In this document: positions 23,848-32,000 of the stretch, in pieces
Layout of the letters: every line of letters starts with the position of its first letter
How positions within the stretch are numbered: position 1 is the first letter of the stretch
NCBI RefSeq assembly: GCF_001644705.1
Contig: NZ_CP015137.1
Location: forward strand, 930,001 to 962,000
Source: Dickeya solani IPO 2222
GTDB lineage: Bacteria > Pseudomonadota > Gammaproteobacteria > Enterobacterales > Enterobacteriaceae
Reading direction: 5' to 3'
Length of the DNA: 32,000 bases
Translations under genes and position numbers: made by a program
Notes under the pieces: model-generated
What the model saw: only the letters and a program-made list of their open reading frames with translations
What the model was told of the DNA's origin: nothing
The model's database searches: none

Positions 23848-25446
23848 ATGTGTGCAATGAAAGGAATAAACAGACGGCAGTTTATTACCAACACCACGCT
23901 GATGACCGGCGCAGCCATGCTACCGTGGTCATTCCATGCCAGAGCGGCCGACGCCAGCGTCATGACGGCGGGAGGCACGCCGCAGAAAGGCGGCATCCTG
24001 CGCATCAGCGTCGATCAGGCCATCAATATGCTCAACCCCCAGCAGGCGCGCGTGAACCCCGAGTACCTGCTGGCTGAACTGCTCTACAGCGGACTGACCC
24101 GGCTGACGCAGGAGATGAAGGCCGAACCGGATTTGGCCACCAGCTGGCAGCCCAATGCCGACCTGACGCAATGGACGTTTACGCTGCGCCCCGACCTGAA
24201 ATTCAGTGACGGCACGCCGCTAACCGCCGGGGATGTCGTCGCCAGCCTCTCTGCCATTCTGGACCCCAAAAACGCCTCGCCGGGGATGCGTAACATCGGC
24301 CCAATCAAGGAGCTGCATGCCGACGGCAACGACAAGGTGGTGATCACAACACTGGCGCCGTATGCCGACCTGCCCGTCATGCTGGCTTATCCGGACGCCA
24401 AAATCGTCCCCACCGCCGTCGCACAGGGGCAACTGTCTCGGTTGTCCAAAGAGGCGCTGGGCGCCGGCCCCTTCATGCTGGTGTCGTATGAGCCTGAACG
24501 CAAAATCGTGGTAAAACGCAATCCGTACTACTACGACCCGAACCGTCCGTATCTGGACGGCGTGGAGATCGTGGTCTACCCCGACGCTATCGCCGAAAGC
24601 TCCGCGCTGATCGCCGGCGATACCGACCTGATGATGGCCGCACAGCCCAGCGAGTTCAAGCGCCTGTCCGCCGCCTCCGGCATCCAGCCGCTGCGGGTGC
24701 CGTCCGGCCAGTTCCTCAATATCAACATGGGCTGCGACCAGAAACCCTTTAACGACGTGCGGGTACGCCAGGCGCTGGCGCTGTGCATCGATCGCAAGGC
24801 GATGGTCGATTTCGTCGCCGACAGCTACGGTACCCCCGGCAACGATACCCCCATCAACGCCTCTTATCCGTGGTATCGCAACCTGCCGCTGCGCCAGCCC
24901 GACTACGCCAAAGCCAAAGCACTACTGGCGGAAGCCGGTTACCCGGACGGGCTGGACCTGACGCTGGTCGCCTCGGATAAACCGGCGTCCCGCACCCAGT
25001 TGGGGATCGCGGTGCGCGAGATGGCGAAGCCCGCTGGTTTTCGCATCAACGTGCAGACGATGGCCCACAGCACCTACCTCGACCAGGTGTGGAAGAAAGG
25101 CAACTTTTACGTCGGCTTCTACAATATGCAGCCTTCGCCGGACGCGGTGTTCTCACTGCTCTACACCTCCGATGCGGCCTGGAACGAAACCCGCTGGAAC
25201 AACGCCGACTTTGACGCCGCCGTCGCGGGTGCGCGTGGCACCACCGACGACGTCAAGCGCCGGGAGTTCTACGGTAAGGCGCAGCAGTTGATGCATGAAC
25301 AGGTGCCGTCGGTCATCCCAGCCTTCTTCAACCTACTCTCCGCCAGCCGGGACTACGTGCGCGGCTACGCCCTGCATCCGCGCGCCGCCGTGTTCCGTCT
25401 CGATCATGTCTGGCTGACGGCGCAAGCGCCGGCACGCCGAAGCTGA
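23848..25446 (+). CDS. ABC transporter substrate-binding protein, family 5 (peptide/opine/nickel type), with a Tat-type signal
   Basis: 532 aa with RBS AGAGGA. The N-terminus ..MKGINRRQFITNTTLMTGAAMLPWSFHARA/AD carries a twin-arginine motif. The body shows typical DppA/OppA-like family-5 features. Confidence 0.88.
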   Translation: MCAMKGINRRQFITNTTLMTGAAMLPWSFHARAADASVMTAGGTPQKGGILRISVDQAINMLNPQQARVNPEYLLAELLYSGLTRLTQEMKAEPDLATSWQPNADLTQWTFTLRPDLKFSDGTPLTAGDVVASLSAILDPKNASPGMRNIGPIKELHADGNDKVVITTLAPYADLPVMLAYPDAKIVPTAVAQGQLSRLSKEALGAGPFMLVSYEPERKIVVKRNPYYYDPNRPYLDGVEIVVYPDAIAESSALIAGDTDLMMAAQPSEFKRLSAASGIQPLRVPSGQFLNINMGCDQKPFNDVRVRQALALCIDRKAMVDFVADSYGTPGNDTPINASYPWYRNLPLRQPDYAKAKALLAEAGYPDGLDLTLVASDKPASRTQLGIAVREMAKPAGFRINVQTMAHSTYLDQVWKKGNFYVGFYNMQPSPDAVFSLLYTSDAAWNETRWNNADFDAAVAGARGTTDDVKRREFYGKAQQLMHEQVPSVIPAFFNLLSASRDYVRGYALHPRAAVFRLDHVWLTAQAPARRS

Positions 25447-25460
25447 GCTAAGGAGCGGCT

Positions 25461-26408
25461 GTGAGCGCGAGTTATCTGTTAAAACGCCTGCTGTTGGTGA
25501 TCTACACCCTGTTGGTGGTGTCCGTGCTGGTATTCGGCATTACCCAGTTGCTGCCCGCCGATGCGGCGGTCACCCTGCTCGGCCAGCACGCCACCCCTGA
25601 GGCGCTGGCGGCAGTCAGGGCCCGCCTCGGGCTGGACGCTCCAGCCTGGGTGCAATACTGGCGCTGGCTGGCGGCGGCGTTGCACGGCGATTTCGGCGTC
25701 TCCATGCGCACCAATCTGCCGGTGGCGCCCACGCTGCTCGCCGCCCTGTCCCGCTCGCTATTGCTGGCGGCGTGCGCCCTGTCGCTGATGCTGCTGGTGG
25801 CGCTGCCGCTCGGCGTCTGGGCCGCGGTCAGAAAAGGCAAACTGGCGGACGTGCTGGTCAGCGTGCTGTCTTATATCGGTATTTCATTTCCCGAGTTCGT
25901 CACCGCTACGCTGATGTTGCTGCTGTTCGCCGATATCTGGCAACTGCTGCCGGCGACCGGTTATGTGCCGCTCAGCGAGAACGTCATTGACGGCGTGCGC
26001 CATCTGGTGCTGCCGTCGGCGACGGTGGCGATGATTCTGGTGGCGCACGTCTCGCGTATGGTGCGCTCGGAAATGGTGGACGTGCTGCATACCGACTACA
26101 TCCGGGCGGCCTGGCTGAAAGGGCTGTCACGGCGTCGTATCCTGTGGCGCCATGCGCTGCGCAACGGCCTGCTGCCGGCCATCACCATCGTGGCATTGGA
26201 CGTAGGCTATCTGCTCGGCGGCATCGTGGTGGTGGAAGAGATTTTCGCCATTCCCGGCATCGGCCGGGAGCTGATCGTCGCGGTGCAGGCGCGCGATCTC
26301 CCCACCATTCAGGGCGGCGTCATGATCCTGGCCTCCACCTATGCGGTCGTCAATTTTCTGGCCGACCTCGCCTACGCCATGCTAGACAAGCGGATTCAAT
26401 ATGTTTGA
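25461..26408 (+). CDS. ABC transporter permease (DppB/GsiC-like)
   Basis: GTG start with RBS TAAGGAG. 315 aa, polytopic, with the characteristic start ..YLLKRLLLVIYTLLVVSVLVF and an EAA-loop region. Confidence 0.88.
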   Translation: MSASYLLKRLLLVIYTLLVVSVLVFGITQLLPADAAVTLLGQHATPEALAAVRARLGLDAPAWVQYWRWLAAALHGDFGVSMRTNLPVAPTLLAALSRSLLLAACALSLMLLVALPLGVWAAVRKGKLADVLVSVLSYIGISFPEFVTATLMLLLFADIWQLLPATGYVPLSENVIDGVRHLVLPSATVAMILVAHVSRMVRSEMVDVLHTDYIRAAWLKGLSRRRILWRHALRNGLLPAITIVALDVGYLLGGIVVVEEIFAIPGIGRELIVAVQARDLPTIQGGVMILASTYAVVNFLADLAYAMLDKRIQYV

Positions 26409-27228
26409 CGTACTCAAAAAACTGCTGCATACCCCGCAGGGGATCGCCGGGGTCAGCGTCCTGCTGCTGGCGCTGGTGATCGTGTGCACCGGCGTTCATC
26501 TGGCGCCCGTCGACCCGGAAGCGATCTCCATTCTGGCGCGCTATAAAGCGCCCAGCGCCGCGCACTGGTTTGGCACCGATCAGCTTGGGCGCGATATCTT
26601 CAGCCGGGTGCTGGTCGGCGCCCGCACCACCATTGTTTATTCACTGCTTGCCACCGCGCTGGCCATGGTGTTCGGCTCGGTCATCGGCACCGCCAGCGCT
26701 TATCTGGGCGGCAGGATGGACGAAGGCATCATGCGCACCATAGATGCCGTCATGTCGATCCCCAGCCTGCTGTTCGCCCTGCTGATTGTCAGCACGCTGG
26801 GGCAGAGCAGCCTGAATGCGGTGCTGGCCATCACCATCGCCTTTGTACCGGGCATGGTACGCATCGCCCGCAGCGTGGCGTTGGCCGCGCGCCAACAGGA
26901 TTACGTCAATGCCGCCATCGCCCGCGGCGAATCGCCCGGCTATATCATCCTGCGGGAGATGCTGCCCAACATCGTGGCGCCGATCATCGTGGAATCCACC
27001 ATTCGCGTGTCGTTCGCCATCATGCTGTTCGCTACCCTGAGCTTCCTCGGCTTGGGTGCGCAACCGCCGCAGCCGGAATGGGGACTGATGGTGTCCGAAG
27101 CCCGCGCCTACTTCTTTAACGCCCCCTGGATGATGTTGATCCCTGGGCTTGCGATCGCCATCGTCGCGATCGGTTTCAACCTGCTCGGCGACGGGTTGCG
27201 CGACGTTCTGAATCCGAGGAGCCACTGA
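26401..27228 (+). CDS. ABC transporter permease (DppC/GsiD-like)
   Basis: 275 aa. It overlaps the upstream permease by 8 nt. HWFGTDQLGRDIFSRVLVGAR is the standard DppC-type N-terminal motif. Confidence 0.88.
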   Translation: MFDVLKKLLHTPQGIAGVSVLLLALVIVCTGVHLAPVDPEAISILARYKAPSAAHWFGTDQLGRDIFSRVLVGARTTIVYSLLATALAMVFGSVIGTASAYLGGRMDEGIMRTIDAVMSIPSLLFALLIVSTLGQSSLNAVLAITIAFVPGMVRIARSVALAARQQDYVNAAIARGESPGYIILREMLPNIVAPIIVESTIRVSFAIMLFATLSFLGLGAQPPQPEWGLMVSEARAYFFNAPWMMLIPGLAIAIVAIGFNLLGDGLRDVLNPRSH

Positions 27229-28907
27229 TGCACAAGCACGACGCAATCCTACCGACGACGGCCACAACGCCGGTGCTGGCAGTCAAGGATTACAGCCTGG
27301 ACTACGTGCTGCCGGACGGTTCGCATCTGCCGGTACTGCGGGATATCACCCTGCACGTGAACCGTGGCGACGTGCTGGGGCTGGTGGGGGAATCCGGCTC
27401 CGGCAAAACTACCCTCGGCTGGGCCATTATGCGCTGGCTCGCCGGCAATGCGGTGGAGCGCGCCGGCGACATTCACCTCGGCGAGTTGAACCTGCGCACG
27501 CTGGCGATGGACAAACTGCACGCGCTGCGCGGCGGAAAACTGGGGATGATTTTTCAGGACCCCAGCGCCTCACTCAACCCAACCCTGACGCTGGGGGAGC
27601 AGGTCACCGAGGTGCTGCGACGCCACCGCCGCCTGAATGCCCGGGAGGCGCAAGAATACGCCGAAACCCTGTTGCGCGATGTTGACCTGAAAAATCCGGC
27701 GCTGATGATGCAACGCTACCCGCATCAGGTTTCCGGTGGCGAAAAGCAGCGTATCCTGATCGCCACCGCCTTCGCCTGCCAGCCCGACTGCCTGATCTTC
27801 GACGAACCGACCACCGCGCTGGACGTTATCAGCGCGGCGCAGATACTGGCGCTGTTTGAACGGCTGCGGGAAGAAACCGGCGTAGCGGCGCTGTATATCT
27901 CCCACGATCTGGCGCTGGTCTCCCGCGTTACCGATCGCGTCTGCGTGCTGGAAAAAGGCCGCATCGTCGAACAGGCGGATGCCAGCGCGCTGTTCAGCGC
28001 GCCTCAGCACGCGTACACCCGTCGACTGATCGCCGCCGTGCCCAATCCGGCCGTGCGTTTGCTGGATGAAACCGTCCCCTCTTCCCAACCGCTGCTCACC
28101 CTGAACGACATCACCATCCAGTACGGCCACCACCGGTTGCTGGATAAGCTGCTCAAGCGGCAGTCCAATCAGACCCGGGCCGCCAATGCGGTGTCGCTAA
28201 CCGTACATGAGGGCGAGATTGTGGGGATCGTCGGCGAGTCCGGCTCCGGCAAGTCGACGCTGGCCAAAGCCGTCACCGGTCTGGTGCCGTTTAGCGGCAA
28301 GCTGGATTTTCGCGGCTACACCCTGTTCGGCCGCACGCAGATGGATAAGGACTATCGCCGCCGGGTGCAAATGATCTTCCAGCACCCGGACGCATCGCTT
28401 AATCCGCGGATGCGTATCGGCGACATCATCGCCCGCCCGCTGCGGCTATATGGTCTGCCCAACGGCGAAACCGAAACGCAGGCCGTCGCCCGGCTGCTGG
28501 AGGAAGTCCGTCTGCCGGCGTCGATGGCATCGCGCTATCCCCACGAACTGTCCGGCGGCCAAAAACAGCGGGTGGCGATCGCCCGTGCCTTCGCCCACCC
28601 ACCGGAGCTGGTGATTTGCGACGAGATCACCGCCGCGCTGGACGTGTCGGTACAGGCTACCGTGATTGAACTGCTGTTGGAGTTGCGGCGACGCTACGGC
28701 ACCGCGTACCTGTTCATCACCCACGATCTTAACCTGATCCAGCAGATGGCCCATCGCATCGCGGTGATGTATCGCGGCGATCTGCTGGAGATCCTGCCGG
28801 GCCATGCGATGGCATCTCAAGCGCAGCATCCTTATACGCAAGCCTTGCTCTCCGCCATCCCGACGCCCGGCGATTTATCGCCCGCCTCACACTCATACAC
28901 AGAATGA
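27228..28907 (+). CDS. Fused double ATP-binding subunit (GsiA-like) of the peptide-type ABC transporter
   Basis: 559 aa. The ATG overlaps the upstream TGA (TGATG). It has two Walker A motifs (GESGSGKTT, GESGSGKST) and two signature motifs (VSGGEKQR, LSGGQKQR). Confidence 0.9.
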   Translation: MHKHDAILPTTATTPVLAVKDYSLDYVLPDGSHLPVLRDITLHVNRGDVLGLVGESGSGKTTLGWAIMRWLAGNAVERAGDIHLGELNLRTLAMDKLHALRGGKLGMIFQDPSASLNPTLTLGEQVTEVLRRHRRLNAREAQEYAETLLRDVDLKNPALMMQRYPHQVSGGEKQRILIATAFACQPDCLIFDEPTTALDVISAAQILALFERLREETGVAALYISHDLALVSRVTDRVCVLEKGRIVEQADASALFSAPQHAYTRRLIAAVPNPAVRLLDETVPSSQPLLTLNDITIQYGHHRLLDKLLKRQSNQTRAANAVSLTVHEGEIVGIVGESGSGKSTLAKAVTGLVPFSGKLDFRGYTLFGRTQMDKDYRRRVQMIFQHPDASLNPRMRIGDIIARPLRLYGLPNGETETQAVARLLEEVRLPASMASRYPHELSGGQKQRVAIARAFAHPPELVICDEITAALDVSVQATVIELLLELRRRYGTAYLFITHDLNLIQQMAHRIAVMYRGDLLEILPGHAMASQAQHPYTQALLSAIPTPGDLSPASHSYTE

Positions 28908-28914
28908 AACCATC

Positions 28915-30144
28915 ATGACGAAAGAACAGCTATTACAGAGTATCGATACCGAATTTTGTCTGCGTTTTCTGGCAAACATGGTGCAACACAAAAGCTACAG
29001 CGCCACCGACGGCGAACGCCAACTGGCGGAGTTCATGGCCGGGCGGATGCGCGAACTCGGGCTGGAAACCCAGCTCACGCCGGTACCGGGCGGACGACTC
29101 AACGCCATCGGCACTCTGCGCGGCGTCGGCGGCGGCCACAGCCTGCTGTTCAACGGCCATCTGGACACCAACCCGGTGACGGAAGGCTGGACGCTGGACC
29201 CCTGGGAAGGAAAAATCGACGACGAATTCATCTACGGCATCGGCGTATCCAATATGAAATCCGGTGACGCCGCCTATTTCTGCGCGCTGAAAACGCTGAT
29301 CGACGCCGGCATTAAACTGAAAGGCGACGTAGTACTGACCTACGTGGTTGGCGAGCTACAGGGCGGCATCGGCTCTATCGCGGCGATTGAGCAAGGCGTC
29401 CGCGCCGACTATTTCATTAATGCCGAGCCGACCGATATTCAGGCGCTGACCATGCACGCCGGTTCGCTGATGTTCACCATCGAACTGACCGGCGATACCC
29501 GCCACCTCTCCAAACGTGAACAGGCGGTGGATGCCATCGCCGCCGCCGTGGAGCTGATCCCGCAGTTGAACGCCATGACGTTCAGCGGCGCACAGAGCGA
29601 CGAACACCTCAGTATCAACCGCTGCCATGTCGGCACCGTACACGGCGCGCTGGGGCGCGACCTTGAAGAGTGGCGGCCGCCGCAGGTGGCGGATTTCGCC
29701 CGTCTCAAAGGCTCCGCCCGCTTCGCACCGGGGCAGACGGTCGCCGGCGTGCTGGCGGATATTCAGGCATTGCTGGATGCACTCTGCGCCCGCCATCCCG
29801 GCCTGAAGGCAGAGTTGTTCGACGATGGCGAACGGGATAAACCCACCATGCTGCCGTTCCAGGTGTCCCGTGAATCGGCGATCGTGCAGGCCGTCAACCG
29901 CGCCTATCAACAGGTGCGCGGCGAGCCGCAACCCTGCGGCGCCATCACGCCGCCTGCGTTCTACGGTACCGACGCCGCCCATTTTTATCAGTTGGCCGGT
30001 ATGGAAGGTATCGTGTGCGGCCCCGGCGGCAAGTTCAACACCATGCCGGATGAACGCGTTCACATCAGCGATTTTCTCGACGCGGTACGCATCTATCTGC
30101 TGGCGATACTGGAGATCTGCCAACCGGAGGAGGCGCTGTCATGA
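28915..30144 (+). CDS. M20-family metallohydrolase, copy 2
   Basis: The start was moved from the track's 28804 (inside the ATPase gene) to ATG 28915, 8 nt after the ATPase stop. It has the FNGHLDTNPV His-x-Asp motif, GIGVSNMKSG and VVGELQGG. Confidence 0.85.
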   Translation: MTKEQLLQSIDTEFCLRFLANMVQHKSYSATDGERQLAEFMAGRMRELGLETQLTPVPGGRLNAIGTLRGVGGGHSLLFNGHLDTNPVTEGWTLDPWEGKIDDEFIYGIGVSNMKSGDAAYFCALKTLIDAGIKLKGDVVLTYVVGELQGGIGSIAAIEQGVRADYFINAEPTDIQALTMHAGSLMFTIELTGDTRHLSKREQAVDAIAAAVELIPQLNAMTFSGAQSDEHLSINRCHVGTVHGALGRDLEEWRPPQVADFARLKGSARFAPGQTVAGVLADIQALLDALCARHPGLKAELFDDGERDKPTMLPFQVSRESAIVQAVNRAYQQVRGEPQPCGAITPPAFYGTDAAHFYQLAGMEGIVCGPGGKFNTMPDERVHISDFLDAVRIYLLAILEICQPEEALS

Positions 30145-30225
30145 CCTCGCCTACGTCGCTCGCTGGCGTGTAGCCACGTCGCCTTGTCAGCGGGTGCTGA
30201 TGGTGGTGCAGCCCGTTAAAGCACT

Positions 30226-30259
30226 ATCCCCACCATTTACTCCATTAAGCGGTGGGGAT
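30226..30259 (+). terminator. Hairpin downstream of the ABC/M20 operon
   Basis: ATCCCCACC-16 nt-GGTGGGGAT forms a 9-bp perfect stem with a long loop. No clear U-tract follows. Confidence 0.35.
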
Positions 30260-30283
30260 TAACACACAGCTGCATCAAGATAA

Positions 30284-30301
30284 GGGTGGGCAGTCCCGCC
30301 C
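30284..30301 (-). terminator. Rho-independent-type terminator of the yciI-like gene
   Basis: The minus strand reads GGGCGGG-actg-CCCACCC followed by TTATCTTG. It lies 17 nt downstream of the stop codon at 30318. Confidence 0.55.
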
Positions 30302-30317
30302 TCAATCGATACAGACA

Positions 30318-30626
30318 TTACAACGCTTTCGCATCCCCCGCCCAGCCGGCGTAAAAGTGCCCCGAGCAAATTGCCGGTTCAATCGTTTTTATATCCACCC
30401 GGACCAACCCCAGATTGACGAAAGGATCGTCTGACAGCGCGGCGGTCACTGCCGCACTATCGCTGGCATAAGCCAGAATAAACCCACCGGTTCCGTCTTC
30501 TAACGGGCCGGCAAAAACCACTCGCCCTTGTTTAATATTATCGGCAAGCCACTTTTTGTGTGCATCAATATGCTTTTCAAGTTCATGTTTCGTGCTGGAA
30601 TATTCAAGCGTAATAGCATGTAACAT
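30318..30626 (-). CDS. YciI-like protein
   Basis: Start at ATG 30626 (RBS AAGGTGG 5 nt upstream). About 102 aa with the YciI-family pattern ...HKKWLADNIKQGRVVFAGPLEDGTGGFILAYASDSAAVTAALSDDPF. Confidence 0.75.
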   Translation of the reverse strand: MLHAITLEYSSTKHELEKHIDAHKKWLADNIKQGRVVFAGPLEDGTGGFILAYASDSAAVTAALSDDPFVNLGLVRVDIKTIEPAICSGHFYAGWAGDAKAL

Positions 30627-30649
30627 CGTGACCACCTTAATTAAGTGAG

Positions 30650-31273
30650 TTAGACAGCAAGAGAGTCAATAATTGACTGAATTGATGATTTGGCGTTTTG
30701 GATTTCACGATTTCTTATTTCATCGCCTTTTGACGCTCCTTCCGCACGAACGAAATAAATATCGGTAATACCGAGGAACCGAAAAAAAGCCTGAAGATAG
30801 CGCTCCTGAAAATCCATACCGGCAAAAGGCTGTTCGGCATAAAAACCGCCGCGCGCGGAAACCACAATCACGGTTCTGCCGCCGGACAGGCCGACCGGCC
30901 CTTTTTCGGTATATTTAAATGTCTTCCCTGCCTGCGCAATTCTATCCAGCCACGCTTTCAGTTGGCTGGATACTGAAAAGTTGTACATCGGCGCGCCGAT
31001 GACAATCACGTCATTAGCCAGAAACTCTGCCACCAATTGTTCGGAGATCATATGTTCCTGCAACGTCGAACTGTCCACCGACGCTAACGCTATCTGGCGG
31101 AAACCAGCGGCAATGGCGCCAGTCAGATGACGGATTTCATGTTTCACGACATCACGGTAAGACACGGAGGCCTGCGGATGGTGTTTGACTAACTTCGCAA
31201 TAACATCAGCGGAAATCTGCCGTGTCACTGAGCCGTCTTCAAGAATACTGGAGTCTATATGTAATATTTTCAC
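30650..31273 (-). CDS. azoR: FMN-dependent NADH-azoreductase/quinone reductase (AzoR family)
   Basis: 207 aa with RBS AGGAGAGG. MKILHIDSSIL..., GAPMYNFSVSSQLKAWLDRIAQAGKTFKYTEKGPVGL and FLGITDIYFVRAEG parallel E. coli AzoR. Confidence 0.85.
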   Translation of the reverse strand: MKILHIDSSILEDGSVTRQISADVIAKLVKHHPQASVSYRDVVKHEIRHLTGAIAAGFRQIALASVDSSTLQEHMISEQLVAEFLANDVIVIGAPMYNFSVSSQLKAWLDRIAQAGKTFKYTEKGPVGLSGGRTVIVVSARGGFYAEQPFAGMDFQERYLQAFFRFLGITDIYFVRAEGASKGDEIRNREIQNAKSSIQSIIDSLAV

Positions 31274-31309
31274 AATAACCTCTCCTTTATTTTAAACTTT
31301 ACCGTTTAA

Positions 31310-32000
31310 TCATTTAATGGCTTTGGCGGCGCTATCAATAAAATTCGCGACAGCGTCAGGGTGTGACACAAGAGACAGGTGACTGGATGCAATCGACATG
31401 ACTTTTGCGCCGATGTGGTCAGCTATTTTTTTCTGAACCGATGAATTTAATGCGTTGTCATTTTCCGTCAGCAAATACCACGTGGGTTTATCTTTCCACG
31501 CCGCATGCTGAACCTTATCGCCAAACGCTTTTGCTGCGATCGGCTGTTGTACCGCGGTTAATTCCAGCACTTTTTTTAGCGGGACATCTCCCGCCATCAC
31601 CGCACGATACTGTTCCGGGTTATCCAGCCAGATTAAACCATGTGAATCCGGTGCCATTCCTTCCATCGGCGCACCCAGCCGCTGCAATAAATCAGAAGCG
31701 GATTCCCCACTGTCTGGAACCAGCGCCGATAAATAGACTATTCCACGAACTTTTGGCGAATTCCCAGCCTGGGTAACCACGGCTCCCGCCCAGGAATGCC
31801 CCACCAGCAACACATCCCCCTGCTGTCTTTGCAACACGCGTTCTGTCGCCTCAACATCGTCGGTCAGAGAGGTGAGCGGGTTTTGAACCGCGGTAACCTG
31901 GTATCCCATGCCTTGTAATTTGGCCGTTACGGACGACCAGTTGGAACCGTCCGCGAATGCGCCATGCACCAAAACGATATTCTTAATTTTCGCGGCCTCC
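31310..32000 (-). CDS. Alpha/beta-fold hydrolase (5' end outside the window)
   Basis: The frame stays open upstream of the track's Met to the window edge (...NIVLVHGAFADGSNW). It has the nucleophile elbow GHSWAG and a C-terminal His region SSHLSLVSHPD. Confidence 0.8.
   Translation of the reverse strand, partial: EAAKIKNIVLVHGAFADGSNWSSVTAKLQGMGYQVTAVQNPLTSLTDDVEATERVLQRQQGDVLLVGHSWAGAVVTQAGNSPKVRGIVYLSALVPDSGESASDLLQRLGAPMEGMAPDSHGLIWLDNPEQYRAVMAGDVPLKKVLELTAVQQPIAAKAFGDKVQHAAWKDKPTWYLLTENDNALNSSVQKKIADHIGAKVMSIASSHLSLVSHPDAVANFIDSAAKAIK

Noticed and set aside
28804-28914. A 37-codon N-terminal extension of the second M20 hydrolase
   Set aside because: It lies inside the 3' end of the ATPase gene in another frame. 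ATG 28915 follows the ATPase stop by 8 nt and begins the homologous region.

Overview
This is a chromosomal segment from an Enterobacterales genome. It looks high-GC by eye. Close protein matches to E. coli YtfQRT/YjfF, BtsT/YjiX/YjiA, BtsSR, EutE/EutR and MgtS, recalled from memory, support that placement. The gene set would fit a Dickeya/Pectobacteriaceae-like organism, but that is inference only.

Gene order, left to right:
- 3' end of an SDR oxidoreductase.
- A Sec-signal catalase plus a periplasmic ankyrin protein (katB-ankB-like pair).
- The 31-aa small protein MgtS, too short for the ORF track, with a possible divergent MgrR-like sRNA.
- A visibly AT-rich ~1.7 kb island. It carries an orphan phage DUF3168-like gene and ambiguous small ORFs.
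- The ytfQRT-yjfF galactofuranose ABC transporter.
- An orphan PsiD-type (phosphatidylserine-decarboxylase superfamily) pyruvoyl decarboxylase.
- A stub of a C69 dipeptidase.
- A stripped-down eut locus: eutE lacking the encapsulation peptide, plus eutR.
- A Sec-exported small beta-rich protein.
- yjiA-yjiX-btsT directly next to btsSR.
- A GntR-controlled locus of M20 hydrolase, Tat-signal family-5 binding protein, two permeases, fused ATPase and a second M20 hydrolase.
- A lower-GC yciI-like/azoR/alpha-beta-hydrolase cluster that runs off the window.

I saw no rRNA, tRNA, CRISPR array, IS element or integrase. I did not find a clear-cut novel multi-gene system.

The most interesting candidates are:
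- the bacterial PsiD-like decarboxylase;
- the eutE-eutR relic, and its possible link to that decarboxylase;
- the secreted, possibly LecA-like protein;
- the AT-rich island;
- the double-M20 ABC locus.

All homology statements rest on my reading of the translations and on remembered reference sequences. No searches were run.
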